Positions 49,101-60,331 of a DNA stretch of 64,000 nucleotides are shown here, in pieces. This DNA comes from Dudresnaya verticillata (taxonomy: Eukaryota): positions 3,968,001 to 4,032,000 of the forward strand of contig OZ374557.1 in the NCBI GenBank assembly GCA_977862235.1. The letters run 5' to 3'. The notes under the pieces were generated by a model, which was not told the DNA's origin, searched no databases, and was given only the letters and a program-made list of their open reading frames with translations. The position numbers were made by a program, and so were the translations under genes. Positions within the stretch are counted from its first letter, which is position 1, and every line of letters starts with the position of its first letter.

Positions 49101-50690
49101 CTGTTTTGGCCTTATCTTCCGCTGCTACGGGTATTTTCCAGTAGCCCGAATTACAATCGAGAGTTGTAAAGTACTGGGCGTCGCCCAATGAGTCTAAACA
49201 ATCATCCATTCGAGGTAGAGGATATGAATCCTTAATTGTGATCACATTCAGTTGCCTGTAATCGACACAGAAACGGAGAGATCCGTCAGGCTTCTTAACC
49301 AGCACTACTGGGCTTGCAAACGCCGAGCGCGCAGGCTCTATGACTCCTTCCTTGAGCATCTTATCGACTTCGTCTTGTTCCGCTTGTCGCGCTTTCGGTC
49401 CTGACCGATATGGTTGGGCGAATACGGGTTTGGAACCGTCAGCAAGCTCGATGCGATGCTCTGTGACTTTGATGGTCCCGAGCTTTCCGCTCCACATGTC
49501 AGCGAACGGTCGTAGCATTTTGCGGACGCGACGTCTGTCAGACGCAGAGAGGTGTTCCAGTGTCAGGTCGTCGACTGTTAGGTTTTCAGTAGCGGTTTTA
49601 ACGCCTGGCTTCGAGTCGGCAACGCCGAGAGCAGCAGCTAGCCCTGCCCCCCCTACATCGAAGGATGTTTCTGACTTAGGACTCGAGTCTTTCGACGTCG
49701 GGACTGGGGTGTCAGGGACATTGTCGATGGAAACCGAATAGACCGGCGTGGCCGTAGGAGCTGGGATGGCTCGGCCAATTACTTGGTTCTTGTTGAGTCG
49801 CTGTACGCGAGATGAAAAGTTGGCGATCTTTACGCGGAAAAGAACATTCTCTTGAAGCGAGACGATTCCGTTCGTGACGACCACTTGTTGAAGGTCGTAC
49901 AGTCGTTGAAAAGAATCCAGGAAGTGAATTCCTTTAGCCGCACACGTGACGGCGACCCAGGTTTCCGAACCGGGTTTCAAATTAGTAGTTAGGGCAACTC
50001 TGACGAGTCGCGAGTTAAGGTACCTCCATAGGTTCTCCAGAGCCTTCAGCTCGCGGGATTCCGCAGCGGCGGCGTAGAATCGGGTGCTCCGAGCCGTCTC
50101 GAAGGACGACGTGTTGCTTGCGCACTCGTAACCCGTCGACGTGGGTATCGATATAGGTACAACCCAAAATCATATCCACGGCTAAAGCCTTGACTACGAC
50201 GAACGGTTGACGAACCGTATAGGTCCCAATCCTGACGACCAGGGAGATCATCCCCAAGGTAGGTAATCGGTGGCTTGATGCTGAGGTTAAGTTAACGATC
50301 GAGCGGTTCGATGAAATCTTCTTCCTGTCTTCCAAAGATAGCACATCTGCTCTGATGAGGTTAGGGCCCGCGCCCGTGTCCAGTACTGAGAGGACTTGAG
50401 TTAAATGTTCAACAGAGGTCCCAACGGACGCGACAACTTTATAGTTGTATCGCGAGAGAGAGCAGATTGGGTCCTTAACATACTCATGATACTTAGACCC
50501 CGGGGGGTAAGCCCACGGGGCGTGCTAATATCTTCTTTGGAAGAAGAGGCGGAAGTTTCGGTGACACCGATCGGTCGGTTGAGGAAACGCTTAGGAAGTC
50601 ACATTCCTCCGAACGATCGGGGGGTTCCGATATGACTGATACGACCGGAGTCGCCCAGTGAACCGAAACCGGTTCCCCCCTAGCTAGTTT
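46107..50690 (-). pseudogene. E4 pol (PR, RT, RH, IN, chromodomain), frameshifted
   Basis: VLDTGAGPNL, FCVDYRQLN, YLDDI, DTDACD, SDNGSQF, GPY, HVYDKLVDY..YKVRWY..DTWEPREHLP. Confidence 0.92.
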
Positions 50691-53600
50691 TTCGGCCTAC
50701 TAGCAGGAGACCGCGGTAGCGGTGGAGGTGGCGGAAGGGTTCGGGACCCTGGTCTTGGCGAGCGTGGCGCCGTCGGTTGCTGTCGCGGCGCGTCCACTGG
50801 GTGGTTCAACCCTCCTTGAAATTGGACATGGGTATTTCTACCGGGGGCCGGCCCCAAATTTTGGGGAGGCCCTCTCGATGGCCCTGCTCCACGTCCTGAC
50901 GATGCATAATCGTGATGCTCCGTGCGGGTGTTCGCGTTTGCAAATTCGGGCAGGCGCCCGATGGTGGCTAACCATGCCTTCTGTTCGCGGGACAGTTGGT
51001 AAAACTGCTGGCGTTTTAAAGCTTCAAATGACGGTTCATCCGTACGAACCAAATAGGGGCAATTAGGCTTTTTATGACCTACGCCAAGACACTCAAAGCA
51101 GATGTCGTTTGGCATGTCCTCGACAGTCACCCATCCCGGACGTTAAGTCCTCGTAGGTTGTGCCCATGCAGGTAGCCTGTTATTGTAGTTCTGAAGAACG
51201 GCGTCGACTTCTCCATAGTATGGCCGGTCGCTTGGCACACCCGACCCCGTGTCTGATTGGGTTACTGTAGAGGGTGGCGCTTCGATATCAATGGCTGCTA
51301 CGACAGCGTCTTCACTGTCCGCGTCAGAGCTAGTGCTCTTTGAGGTATCCGAATCCGAGGACCGTTGAGTCCTATTTTGACGAATGAGGAGGGCGCGTCC
51401 TGACTTGTGAGTCTTCACCCGAGCCAGGGTTTTGTGAGATAGCGCTGAGCTCGCTTTCCGAAGACGACCGCCACCCGCTAGGGCGCGGTGTGAATCTCCT
51501 TGCGCTGTCGCCAGCTCCACATAATCCGCCAATCGCGCAGAGCGAGGATCCAAAGCCGACGTGCTCAAGAGTGGTTTGACCGCTGGTAGTAATCCACGTA
51601 TAAAACGAGTTATCAAGTCCTGTTCGGAGTATACTCCAGCGACCTTTCGCGCCTTGTTTTGCAGACGTCTAGAAAACGAAACTTCATCCTCGGCCGACTC
51701 TTGAGTCATCATATCCATTTCTGAAGAAATCTTCTCGATGTATACATCCTTGGCGTAGGTACGCAGAAGATAATTGATGGCTTCCGGCCATTCGTTGAAT
51801 CCGCCGTTATCGTCTCCGGCTGCATCAAAGTTCGCTTCGAACATGTCCTTTGCATCCTTTTCAAGGAACTCGGGTATGATCAGGATGGCCGCACCTTGAC
51901 TCACTTGAGCTTGATCAAGCTGTCGCTTTAAGGTGGCTAGAAAGCCAATAATAGCAACAGGGTCACTCCCATCGAATCTTCGACTCCTCATCACGGATTT
52001 AATCCGTTTGATCTTCTTCGATGTGGCTTCGGTCACCTCGGGTCCTCGATATGAATCGACGTTCAGCAACCGATATCTCCTGTATGAAAGGACCTGGGTA
52101 AAAGCAGGGTTTCGCGGAGTTAACTCCTTGATTCCCGCTCGTCGGGGTCCTCGCCAGGAACTCCAGGAAGGTCTGGAGAGGTCTCTAGACGTTGGTTCGT
52201 CCTCATCCGATTGCATCGGGGTATGATGCAAGTGGCTTTGACGTTGTTCGTCCAACCTACGGCTAGAGAGCCGGTCTTGTCGGGAGTCCTTGGGGTTGCG
52301 GCATGCGTTTGATCCGTGAGCTGTCCGGCAATCACACCGGCGGTGTTCAGACCTCCCACGACCAAAGTCGTCGTTCCTGGACTCAACATCCGAGTTTCGT
52401 CTCGGAGATGTCCTGCGACGGTCCCTCGTACCACGGGGCACAGGGGAGCATCGCCGGTCGACCTCGGGGATTAAATCCCTCTCGCGGCTAAGTCGCCGCA
52501 TCCTTGCTTCCAGCAATGAAACCTTCCGCTTTTCCGCATCAAGCTCTTGTCTTAAGAGCTCGATCGCTCTGTCTTGTTCGACACACCTTGTGTCGTCTAC
52601 GTTTCTACGAACGTCTTCTATAGCCATTACGGCTTCCTCTCGAGTGAGGTCGGTAACCTTGGTAAGCGTATGGAGATTTCCATGGACGGCGTCCAACTGG
52701 TCGCCCAGTGAATCAACCTGTGCTTGCAGGGTTTCGACCCTTTCTTCTTCCAATCCTCTTGAAAGAGGACCTTGCTGGAATCGAGATACGATCTCTTGTT
52801 GACACTTAGCCAACAGGCGGTCGTCACGGCGCGCCGACGCCTCGTCGAAATATCTCTTCACCTTTGAAAAGGTATCATCGGCTTGGCTTTCCAGGAGCGC
52901 TACAACGCTCGTCGTTAATGACCGTTCGATTCCCAATTCGACTAGGCACCCTATTTCACGTTCCGTGAAGCAGCGCGCACCCGACGAATTGTAATTCGTT
53001 CTTGGCGGCGGCCCCACGTCCGGGGTCGCCGAGTTTTCTTCTTCTAGGGCACGTCCACCTTCGGCTTGTAGACTGGCTAAAACCATGAGATGGTCACTGC
53101 CTGCACCTGATCGAACCGGAACGGTATAGCGCTCTTGCTGATAGCGCCCTGGCGTAGGCACATCTACGTGTCCAGGAGAATACCGTAACGTTGGCTGAGT
53201 GTGTGTTGGTCCCGTAGGGGCGTATTGATGATGTTGAGAATCCGTTACGGGAGCCGGTGGCAGTGGCCCAGAGGGTACTGTACCCGGCTGCAATCCCATA
53301 ACGGGGGGTTGTTGCGGCTGCTGCGTTCTTCCCTCGACCGGGAAGTCATTCCGTAACGGTGGTTGCTCAGTAAAAGCTTCCGTAGCGGGAGGCCTTGCCA
53401 TGCCGGGAGCAATCTGGCTCTCGAGCTCGGCGGCCAGCTTTTCCTGTAGGATCAAAGCTTGCACTATCCGAGGAAGGTGTTGCTCCAGATAGGAATTAAC
53501 CAAAGACGGAACAGTTTCCGAGAGGGATATCTCCACCTCTTTCACCAATCCAGGTTGTATTTCCAATCGGAGATGCTCTAAAACCCTAGGAAGGACCTCC

Positions 53601-53839
53601 GACAGGACCCAGTGGACCCGATGGGATTCAGGCTTGGGTTAGGGAGCTGCCTTCTTCGAGGCGTCTGATCCGACACGGAAACGGGGAACTTTACCAGCAG
53701 CACCCTTAAGGATGTCTTCTGGGTTCTCCACTCCGGAACGGATTTCACCTCCTTTACTGCGCAAACTGCGCGCAGCGGGGGTATTGTCACCCGCTTTAGG
53801 TTCCGTAACGGGAGGGTCTGCGTGTTCTTCGTTCTGCAT
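50684..53839 (-). pseudogene. Chimeric gag: family-B N-terminus fused in frame at about 53086 to E4 gag
   Basis: One frame with stops at 53639 and 51143; LSYRRYRL/FDGSDPV, INYLLRTYA, knuckle CFECLGVGHKKPNC. Confidence 0.8.
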
Positions 53840-54681
53840 GATACCTTAACGGAACACAACGGTTGTTCTTGCTTGTCTATCCAATATTCCGTAACGGGTT
53901 GTCGGTACAGCCGAATTCCTACCGTAGCGGATTTTGACGGCTGTTTCTTCCAACCGTGACGGTGTTCTAGGTCAGGAGACCAAAAGATGTGGTGTAGTGA
54001 AAACCCACGAACTCCGAGACGGACAGCTGGCCTGACTTTCCTTAACGGACGAGAGCAACACTACCTCCACGGGGTGGTAGAGCAGTTCGCACCGAGACGG
54101 GAGATCAGCGAGCGGCTAACCGAAACGGATATTGCGAAGCAACAGACAAGGGGGTGGTACAAGTGCCGGGACGGACTCCGTAACGGTGGTGGTGGTAGAC
54201 CGCAACGGGCTCGGCGCGGGGAAAACCGTAAAGGAAAGAGCTACAGTGAGATTGAGGCTCAATGGTTGCTTCCCCATTTACCCTAGGAGCCCCTGCGGTG
54301 CCGCCCTGATATACAAGTCAGGGTGGCACCGAGCGGTCCGGTCCGTGGGGGCCAGACCCTAGTGGTCTGGTCCTATGGTGGAATCGGCCCTGCTGGTCCC
54401 AATCTCCGACACGGACATGCGCAGCATTCTCATTGGCTGCCGCGCTACTCTACACACTGTACAGATACTCACTAAAAATAAAGAATAGATACTACAAATA
54501 CTCCGGTATGGTTGGTGCGCTACACTGCTGTACAGCAATGCGTACCAGCGTACAGCAATGCGCACAACACCCGACACGGTTACACGTTGCCAGATCATCA
54601 GCGTGGCGTATTGCCACATCACCCGTTACGGTTGGCTCCCCGTCGGCGTGCCGCATACGCGCCACGGCTCACTTCACCACA
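53086..54681 (-). mobile_element. 5' fragment of a family-B element (LTR B, PBS, gag start)
   Basis: LTR B 53988-54681 with TGTGGTG...CACCACA termini; 53086-53260 matches E2 13270-13442. Confidence 0.9.
53965..53982 (-). promoter_or_regulatory. PBS TGGTCTCCTGACCTAGAA
   Basis: 5 nt after the LTR B end; 17/18 identical to the other two PBSs. Confidence 0.8.
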
Positions 54682-54715
54682 CTCCCGACGCGATTCTGCC
54701 CGCATGGCAGACATT

Positions 54716-55473
54716 TGTGGTATAACGAATGTCCACGGAGACACGGAGAAATCTCGCCCTGTAAGCGATGGCCTCGGAGCCGAACGTGTGGCCTCGTATC
54801 CTTAGGGAAAACGAAGAAAGGAAACAGGATGGTAGCCTGGTAGATCGAGGACACTGACCGGAAGGACCACGGTGTTAACGTATTCGTGTGCGGAAGGGAG
54901 AGGTCGAGCGATCGATCACCGGGGATGACTCCGGGTGCGCGGGGCAATCCAAATTGAGGCCACTGCGAAGGCGATTTCGACTTGATCATTTTGGTATAGA
55001 TGCTGTGCGCAATGAATCCGTGTTCTACGATAAAATAATCGAGAAATACGAATTTTGAAGTGACTCAGTGAACGCCCACGCTACGATGGCAAACGAATTA
55101 TAGTGCACGTACTGTGCGCTCGCTACGATGGCATCCACATTACGGTAGGCACCGAATACGAACCCGCTGACACCTGTGGCTCCGTAATGGTAAGCCTAGC
55201 GAGGCAGGGAAAAAAGGGAAACCGCCCGCTGGCGTAAGGCAAAGGGATCGAACCCGAAAGGCTGGAGGCAAGCTTCAGCGCCAGCTGTTGCTTGCCCGGT
55301 TTTCTGAGCCGTCGATGGCAGACTGCCTTAAATATCCTACGCTTATATACATTACGGCTACTCTACAGTAGGTGCTCCCCACAACACCAAGGCGGGAGGT
55401 GTGCGAGCGCGCACCCATACACGTGTCAACTCGTCCGGGTAACGGCTGCCAGTGGGCGCGCGCGGGGCGTAAC
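54716..55473. mobile_element. Probable LTR remnant interrupted by E6
   Basis: Begins TGTGGTATAACG, identical to the LTR C terminus; non-coding; other end not seen. Confidence 0.35.
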
Positions 55474-57695
55474 TGTACTACAGTGAAGGGCTTACAGAAT
55501 TCGGCCCTCTGCCCTCATGTATGCGCTGAAATAGCGTTACCTATGGGTCGCCAACAGGGACAAGACGGGTAGTCTACGATTGGTCCAAGTGTCACCCTGT
55601 AGGTCAGTAGCTTAGTATCTGTCTATTTATTTTAGAAATTATAGCTTAGGATAGGGGGCGTGTATATAGCCCAGTATGAGGGGTGCTGCCTGACAGTCCG
55701 AGTACCATATAAGGGTATCTCCTGTAGAGGTCACTGCACAGTAAAGGGAAGCACCTTCCGGCCCCAACTACGTCTCCAAGCTATCGGTACCGCAGCACAC
55801 CTGTCACCCGTGCCCGGTTAACAGCCCGCACAGTTAAATACCTTCAGTATCGTGCTTCCAATCAGGTTACGTGCCCTCGTCTACCCTCTGGATTCCGCCC
55901 GCTCTACCACCGCTACCAGGTACCCGCTCTGTGGCTTTCTCATTGAATGCACTGTTTGAGTTCACAAGAGACCTAAAAGGCACTTCCTTACATCTGGTCT
56001 CCCGACCTAGAACCATCAACGTTGGTGAGCCGTTAAGAGGACGAGGAATATCTTAACCCAATTGGATATTGAAGAAAATCAACCCACCAAGGCCCCTGTT
56101 ACTCCAAGATGTCAACTCACTCTCAAAGTAGTTCCCGTCGTTGTCAGAAGGCAGAGCAGACCCCATTGGTCCCGTCAGTTGAGGACCCGCAATCTTTGCT
56201 CCACCCTCCGAGAACTCCTGGAGTAGAACAAGTGGAACCGCCTGGGCAAGCTTCCGCACATCCCGTAACAGGTAAACCCTCAGCAGGTCCTTCGAAAGAA
56301 GTCGCAAGACAGCCCCCACTACATTCCAACCGTAACCATTGGGTCAATACTGATCTGATGCCCCGTCTGATCAACTGGCTACATGACGAGTTGACCCTTC
56401 GGTTACCTAAAACTGTTGAATCACTAGTGGGAAACTTTCTAGAAGAACAAGGTCCAAGGACACTCTCGGAGTTTGCCGCCACGGCTACTGACAAGGTAGT
56501 CCAGTCATGGACCACTCAGCCGGACAGTAGCCCAATCTATGTGATGCTTACCGAAATGGTTCCCCCGTTGGTTGCTCAGTCTCTCGAGGCTTTTGGGCAA
56601 GCATCGGACCCTTCAACTGGACCAAAGTCTGTACCCACAGGGGAAACCAAAGTGGAAAATATTTTCCATTATATAAGGAGGATGATGTCGTCCCTCCTGG
56701 CATCGTTCTACCAACCGAAACTGGTGATACAAATAAGAAACCGGAAGGGGGTTTGTCGGACTCCGAAGGTAGTAAGAGTAACCGACACGGATCTACGTCC
56801 AAGAAGTCTAAAAAGAAGAAGAAGAAGGACAAACAAAAGAAAACTAAGAAGAAACATTACTCATCTGAGTCTGACTCATCGTCAGTTACCTCAGATGGTT
56901 CAAGTTCGGATGATTCATCCGATGATGACCGACGGCGTCGTCGCCGGTCGTCTAAACCTACAAGGGTCAGGAGGCTTAAACCCCTCAATGACCTATTTAC
57001 CAGAGTGGTTAGCTTTCAAAGTTACCGCTTGGATAACCGCTCAAGGCTTTACTCTTCGAGAATCTCTCGGAAAGTAAATGCCTACTATGAGAGGATGGCT
57101 ATTCAGATGCTACCCTATCGTTTCTCGGGTGTAGACCCGATTAACATTTTTGTTTCCTTGCAAGGTTCAAGGATGCCTGTAATCACAATGATGTTCATGA
57201 AGGAGCAGCCGTGTGGTTATTACAATACTTTATGACAGGAACCGCAAGGGACAACCTTCAGGCGAGGCTACAGACAAGAACCAGTATGGTCGTGGACTCC
57301 GAAGATGAGAGTGATTTGCTAACAACGTACCCTGAAGTGGTTAATTACCTTTTGGAAACTTATACCACCGATGAGGTTATTGCGCAAGCCTATGCTGACG
57401 TGATCTCGTTACGACAAGCAGAAGGAAAAACGGAACGGGACTTCGCAGAGTTAGTGAGAGCCAGAGCTCTCCGATGCGGGTCGGTGTCTACAGAACACCG
57501 CCTCAAGGCGATCTCCGTTGATGAGCTCCTCCCGAGTATCCGTGCACCGGTTCGTAACCGGTTGGCTTCTTCAAAGCGTTTGTCCTATACTCAGATTACA
57601 CAATATGCACAAGACCTTGGGGAAGCTCATAGGAGTACACGTGGGACGGCAAACCTAAAGGGAAAAGGGGGAGTAATCCCCGTCGCCGCGGTTAG
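55474..57695 (+). mobile_element. E6: 5' part of a type-A element (LTR 55474-55992, PBS 55995-56012, gag), interrupted by E5
   Basis: 519-bp LTR A, PBS TGGTCTCCCGACCTAGAA, gag similar to E2 gag. Confidence 0.9.
56109..57695 (+). pseudogene. E6 gag (frameshifted, cut by insertion)
   Basis: VSFQSYRLDNRS, FSGVDPI, VVNYLLETYTTDEVIAQAY, RALRCG. Confidence 0.82.
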
Positions 57696-58474
57696 TGTGG
57701 TGCAATCCCACTCGGTAGAATCGAGGATGCACCTCAGGCAGTTCGAGGGACTGGTGGTAGCAGGTGAGGTAGTAGCGGTAGAGCAGGGGAATAGCCCCGT
57801 AGTGCGACTGTAAAACACTACAAGACCGAGAAAGGGGATTACCCTAGAAAGAAAGAGAAAACCAAGGAAAATAAGAGAAAAACAGGATTCTATACGATGA
57901 AGAAGGGTAGCGTACGTACTGGGGTCCAGCCTAGCGACGGAGTCGATAGGGTAGGAGGGTATGTTTCGTTGGGCCCAAGCTTGGCTGTTTATTGTATGAG
58001 GGCGCACCTCAGGGCCCTAATATACTATGTACAAGGCGGATGCGCCTTGGTGGCGGATTCTAATAGTGACAGGGGGCGCGCCACTTGGCATTGCGTGGTG
58101 CGCACAAAATCTATAGTTACTAAAATATCAAATGTCGGCCTCTTGGCAGCGTGGTCTGATAGCATGCGCTGAAGAAGCACACGCGCACACGAGTGCGCGT
58201 TGTAGTATCGAGGGGCTATCCTTGCTGGCGGCCGGTGCCGGGAACTGTCCGTCGGGACGGCTCACAGGGGAATTGCCCCAGCGTCATTGCTGGCGCACGC
58301 GCGTGTCGGCGGAGCCCGTTGCGGCAGAGAAATTGGCTCTGAGCTCAGAAATGAGCGCAGCGGATGATCCGCGGGTATCGGCCGTGGCGGGTCGTCGTCC
58401 GCAGTCGCGTGAGCCGCGGGCGACATCCATTATGACGAATTCTTCAGTAGGGCGCGAAGGCGATTTGCGCCACA
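57696..58474 (-). repeat. 3' LTR of E5 (type D, 779 bp)
   Basis: TGTGGCGCAA...TTGCACCACA termini directly after the PPT; E6 gag similarity stops here. Confidence 0.8.
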
Positions 58475-58627
58475 TCTCCCCCCGTTAAGCGGCGAGTATC
58501 CGCACGAGCCCACACATTCAACGCCCAGCATGCGCACTTTGCGATTTAGGTGCAGGACGTTTGGTATGCGTCACTTGTCGTGTCGGTGGACTCCCGCGTG
58601 TTTGTCTTGCGGAGTTCGTTTCCCACG

Positions 58628-60331
58628 ATGCCGCCGAACGTTTCCCCGACGGTAGTTGAACCGCGTACTACTCCATGCTCTGCAGAGTTCTGCATTGTAC
58701 CCTGCCCCTGCCGACTTCGAGGCCAAGACGCCATGGCACGACATCATCGAGTTTGCCAACGCTCCGTGGATGTTCCACACGAACTTGGGTAATCACGACT
58801 TGATTGAGCAGTACGTTTCTGCTGATGCTTTCCTACCTGGGGGCCTTTCCCTTCGCGTTTTGCGGACGCGTGACTGGCGCCGGCACGGAGCTATTCGCCC
58901 TGAATGGATCCGGCGCCATGGCGGTGAGGACGTGCGTAAAGCGCGTCTGCGGTATGTCCGCTTGGTGTTACAACGCTTGACGCGTACGCCGGGTCGTGAG
59001 GTCATCCCCCATGGGTATTGGTTAGATCTTGGTGTATACCGCACCGATGGGGAAATCCCCTATGCTGACGCCCTCGAGTACCTTCCCATCCCGCATGAGT
59101 GGGATGGTGTGGAGCCGCGGGTCCGTCAGTCTGCCCTCTTGGTGGGCGTGGAGCTGCGTGCGGAATTCCGCTTTGTGCGCAAGCGCGATAATAACGCGTA
59201 TTGGGATAAGGTGCGTTGGGAACGGCGCGCTCGTTCCCGTTTGGGCTTCTTGGTGCAGTACCCAAATGTCGAAATCGACGCGATACACCGTACCTACCGA
59301 GAGCGGTGTTACGTGCGCCTGCCGGTCCCATAATGGGGTTTGGTGGAGAGTTGTGAGGGATTCCTCGTTGAACTGGCACCGGCGGTGAGTTAAACCATGT
59401 CCTCTGTCGTGGGTTACCCACAGTCGGGACTATGGACCGTCTTCTGCACGGAATTCGTGGCGAAACGGCGGTCCAGTGGCTGTGGGAACTCTACGACATG
59501 TACCGTATGTGGTACGTGTCGCCCACAGTCGTGGGGTTCTTCGCCTCGTTGGACTTGAAGGTCGTCCTCGGTGGGATAAGCAACGAAGCGGAATTCCGCG
59601 TTTTGTTGGGGTTCTACGCCCAGATTGACTGGGACCGCGACGAGCTGCGAGTCCCGTTGCGCAATAATAATAGGAGTTCCTCATCGACCAACTTCTCCCC
59701 TGGTCGTCGCCATCCGTCATGCGGCGACTGGGCCTGGTTCGACCCGTGGTCGAGGACCTTCGTGTTCTGCGGAACGTGCCGCTTGGTCACGCAACAATCC
59801 GCGCTCGGTGCCCCCGGGCAGCCGCGGGGCTATCTATTAGATCCCGAGGCTGGCGGCGTCAACGTGTCGGACCGCAAGGGAGAATCCTCCGATGCGGGTA
59901 GCAATGGGGAAATCCCCGACGATGATGCAATGACGGTGGACGCCTCCTTGACTGACGAGGGGCAGCCGGTGGTGGCTTCGTTGGCCCCAGCTTCCCCAGG
60001 TGTAGTGGATGCGGAGGTCGCTGGTGATACGGCGGCGTCAGCGGCTCGTGCTTGCGGGCTGCCGCAGAGTGGGGATCGGAACGACGCGGTGACGGCGAAC
60101 GCCAGCGCCTCGCCTGCTCCGTCGGCCGACCCCGGCGTTATTCAGCGTGCACGCCGCGTGCGTCTGCGCTTCACTCAGCGCATTGCCGTGATCGGCTTTC
60201 TGCGTCGGACGGGAATTCCCGAGATTTCCATCCGCGGCAGCGACGAGGAGCTCCTCGAGGCGGCCGTGGATAAGGGTTATGACCCGGACGTCGAGGGGGA
60301 AGCGGGCCCGAGCGGGGCTGCTGATGTCTAG
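58628..60331 (+). pseudogene. Antisense accessory gene of E5 (stops at 59331 and 59391; frameshift at about 59462)
   Basis: Reading through gives WLDLGVYRTDGEIPY, WERRARSRLGFLV, GLWTVFCTEFVA and GDWAWFDP, matching the E3 and E4 proteins. Confidence 0.75.

Larger units (their letters stand above)
41176..53085 (-). mobile_element. E4: Ty3/gypsy chromodomain element with LTR type C; own 5' LTR missing
   Basis: gag-pol on the minus strand, antisense ORF, PPT GAAGGGGG (41818-41825), 3' LTR. Confidence 0.88.

Noticed and set aside
21956..54686. LTRs at 21280-21955 and 53988-54681 as the two ends of one element split by an inversion (flanks GGGAA versus GGGAG)
   Set aside because: Their U3 segments are different subtypes, the overlapping gag segments differ at several sites, and the flank match is imperfect.
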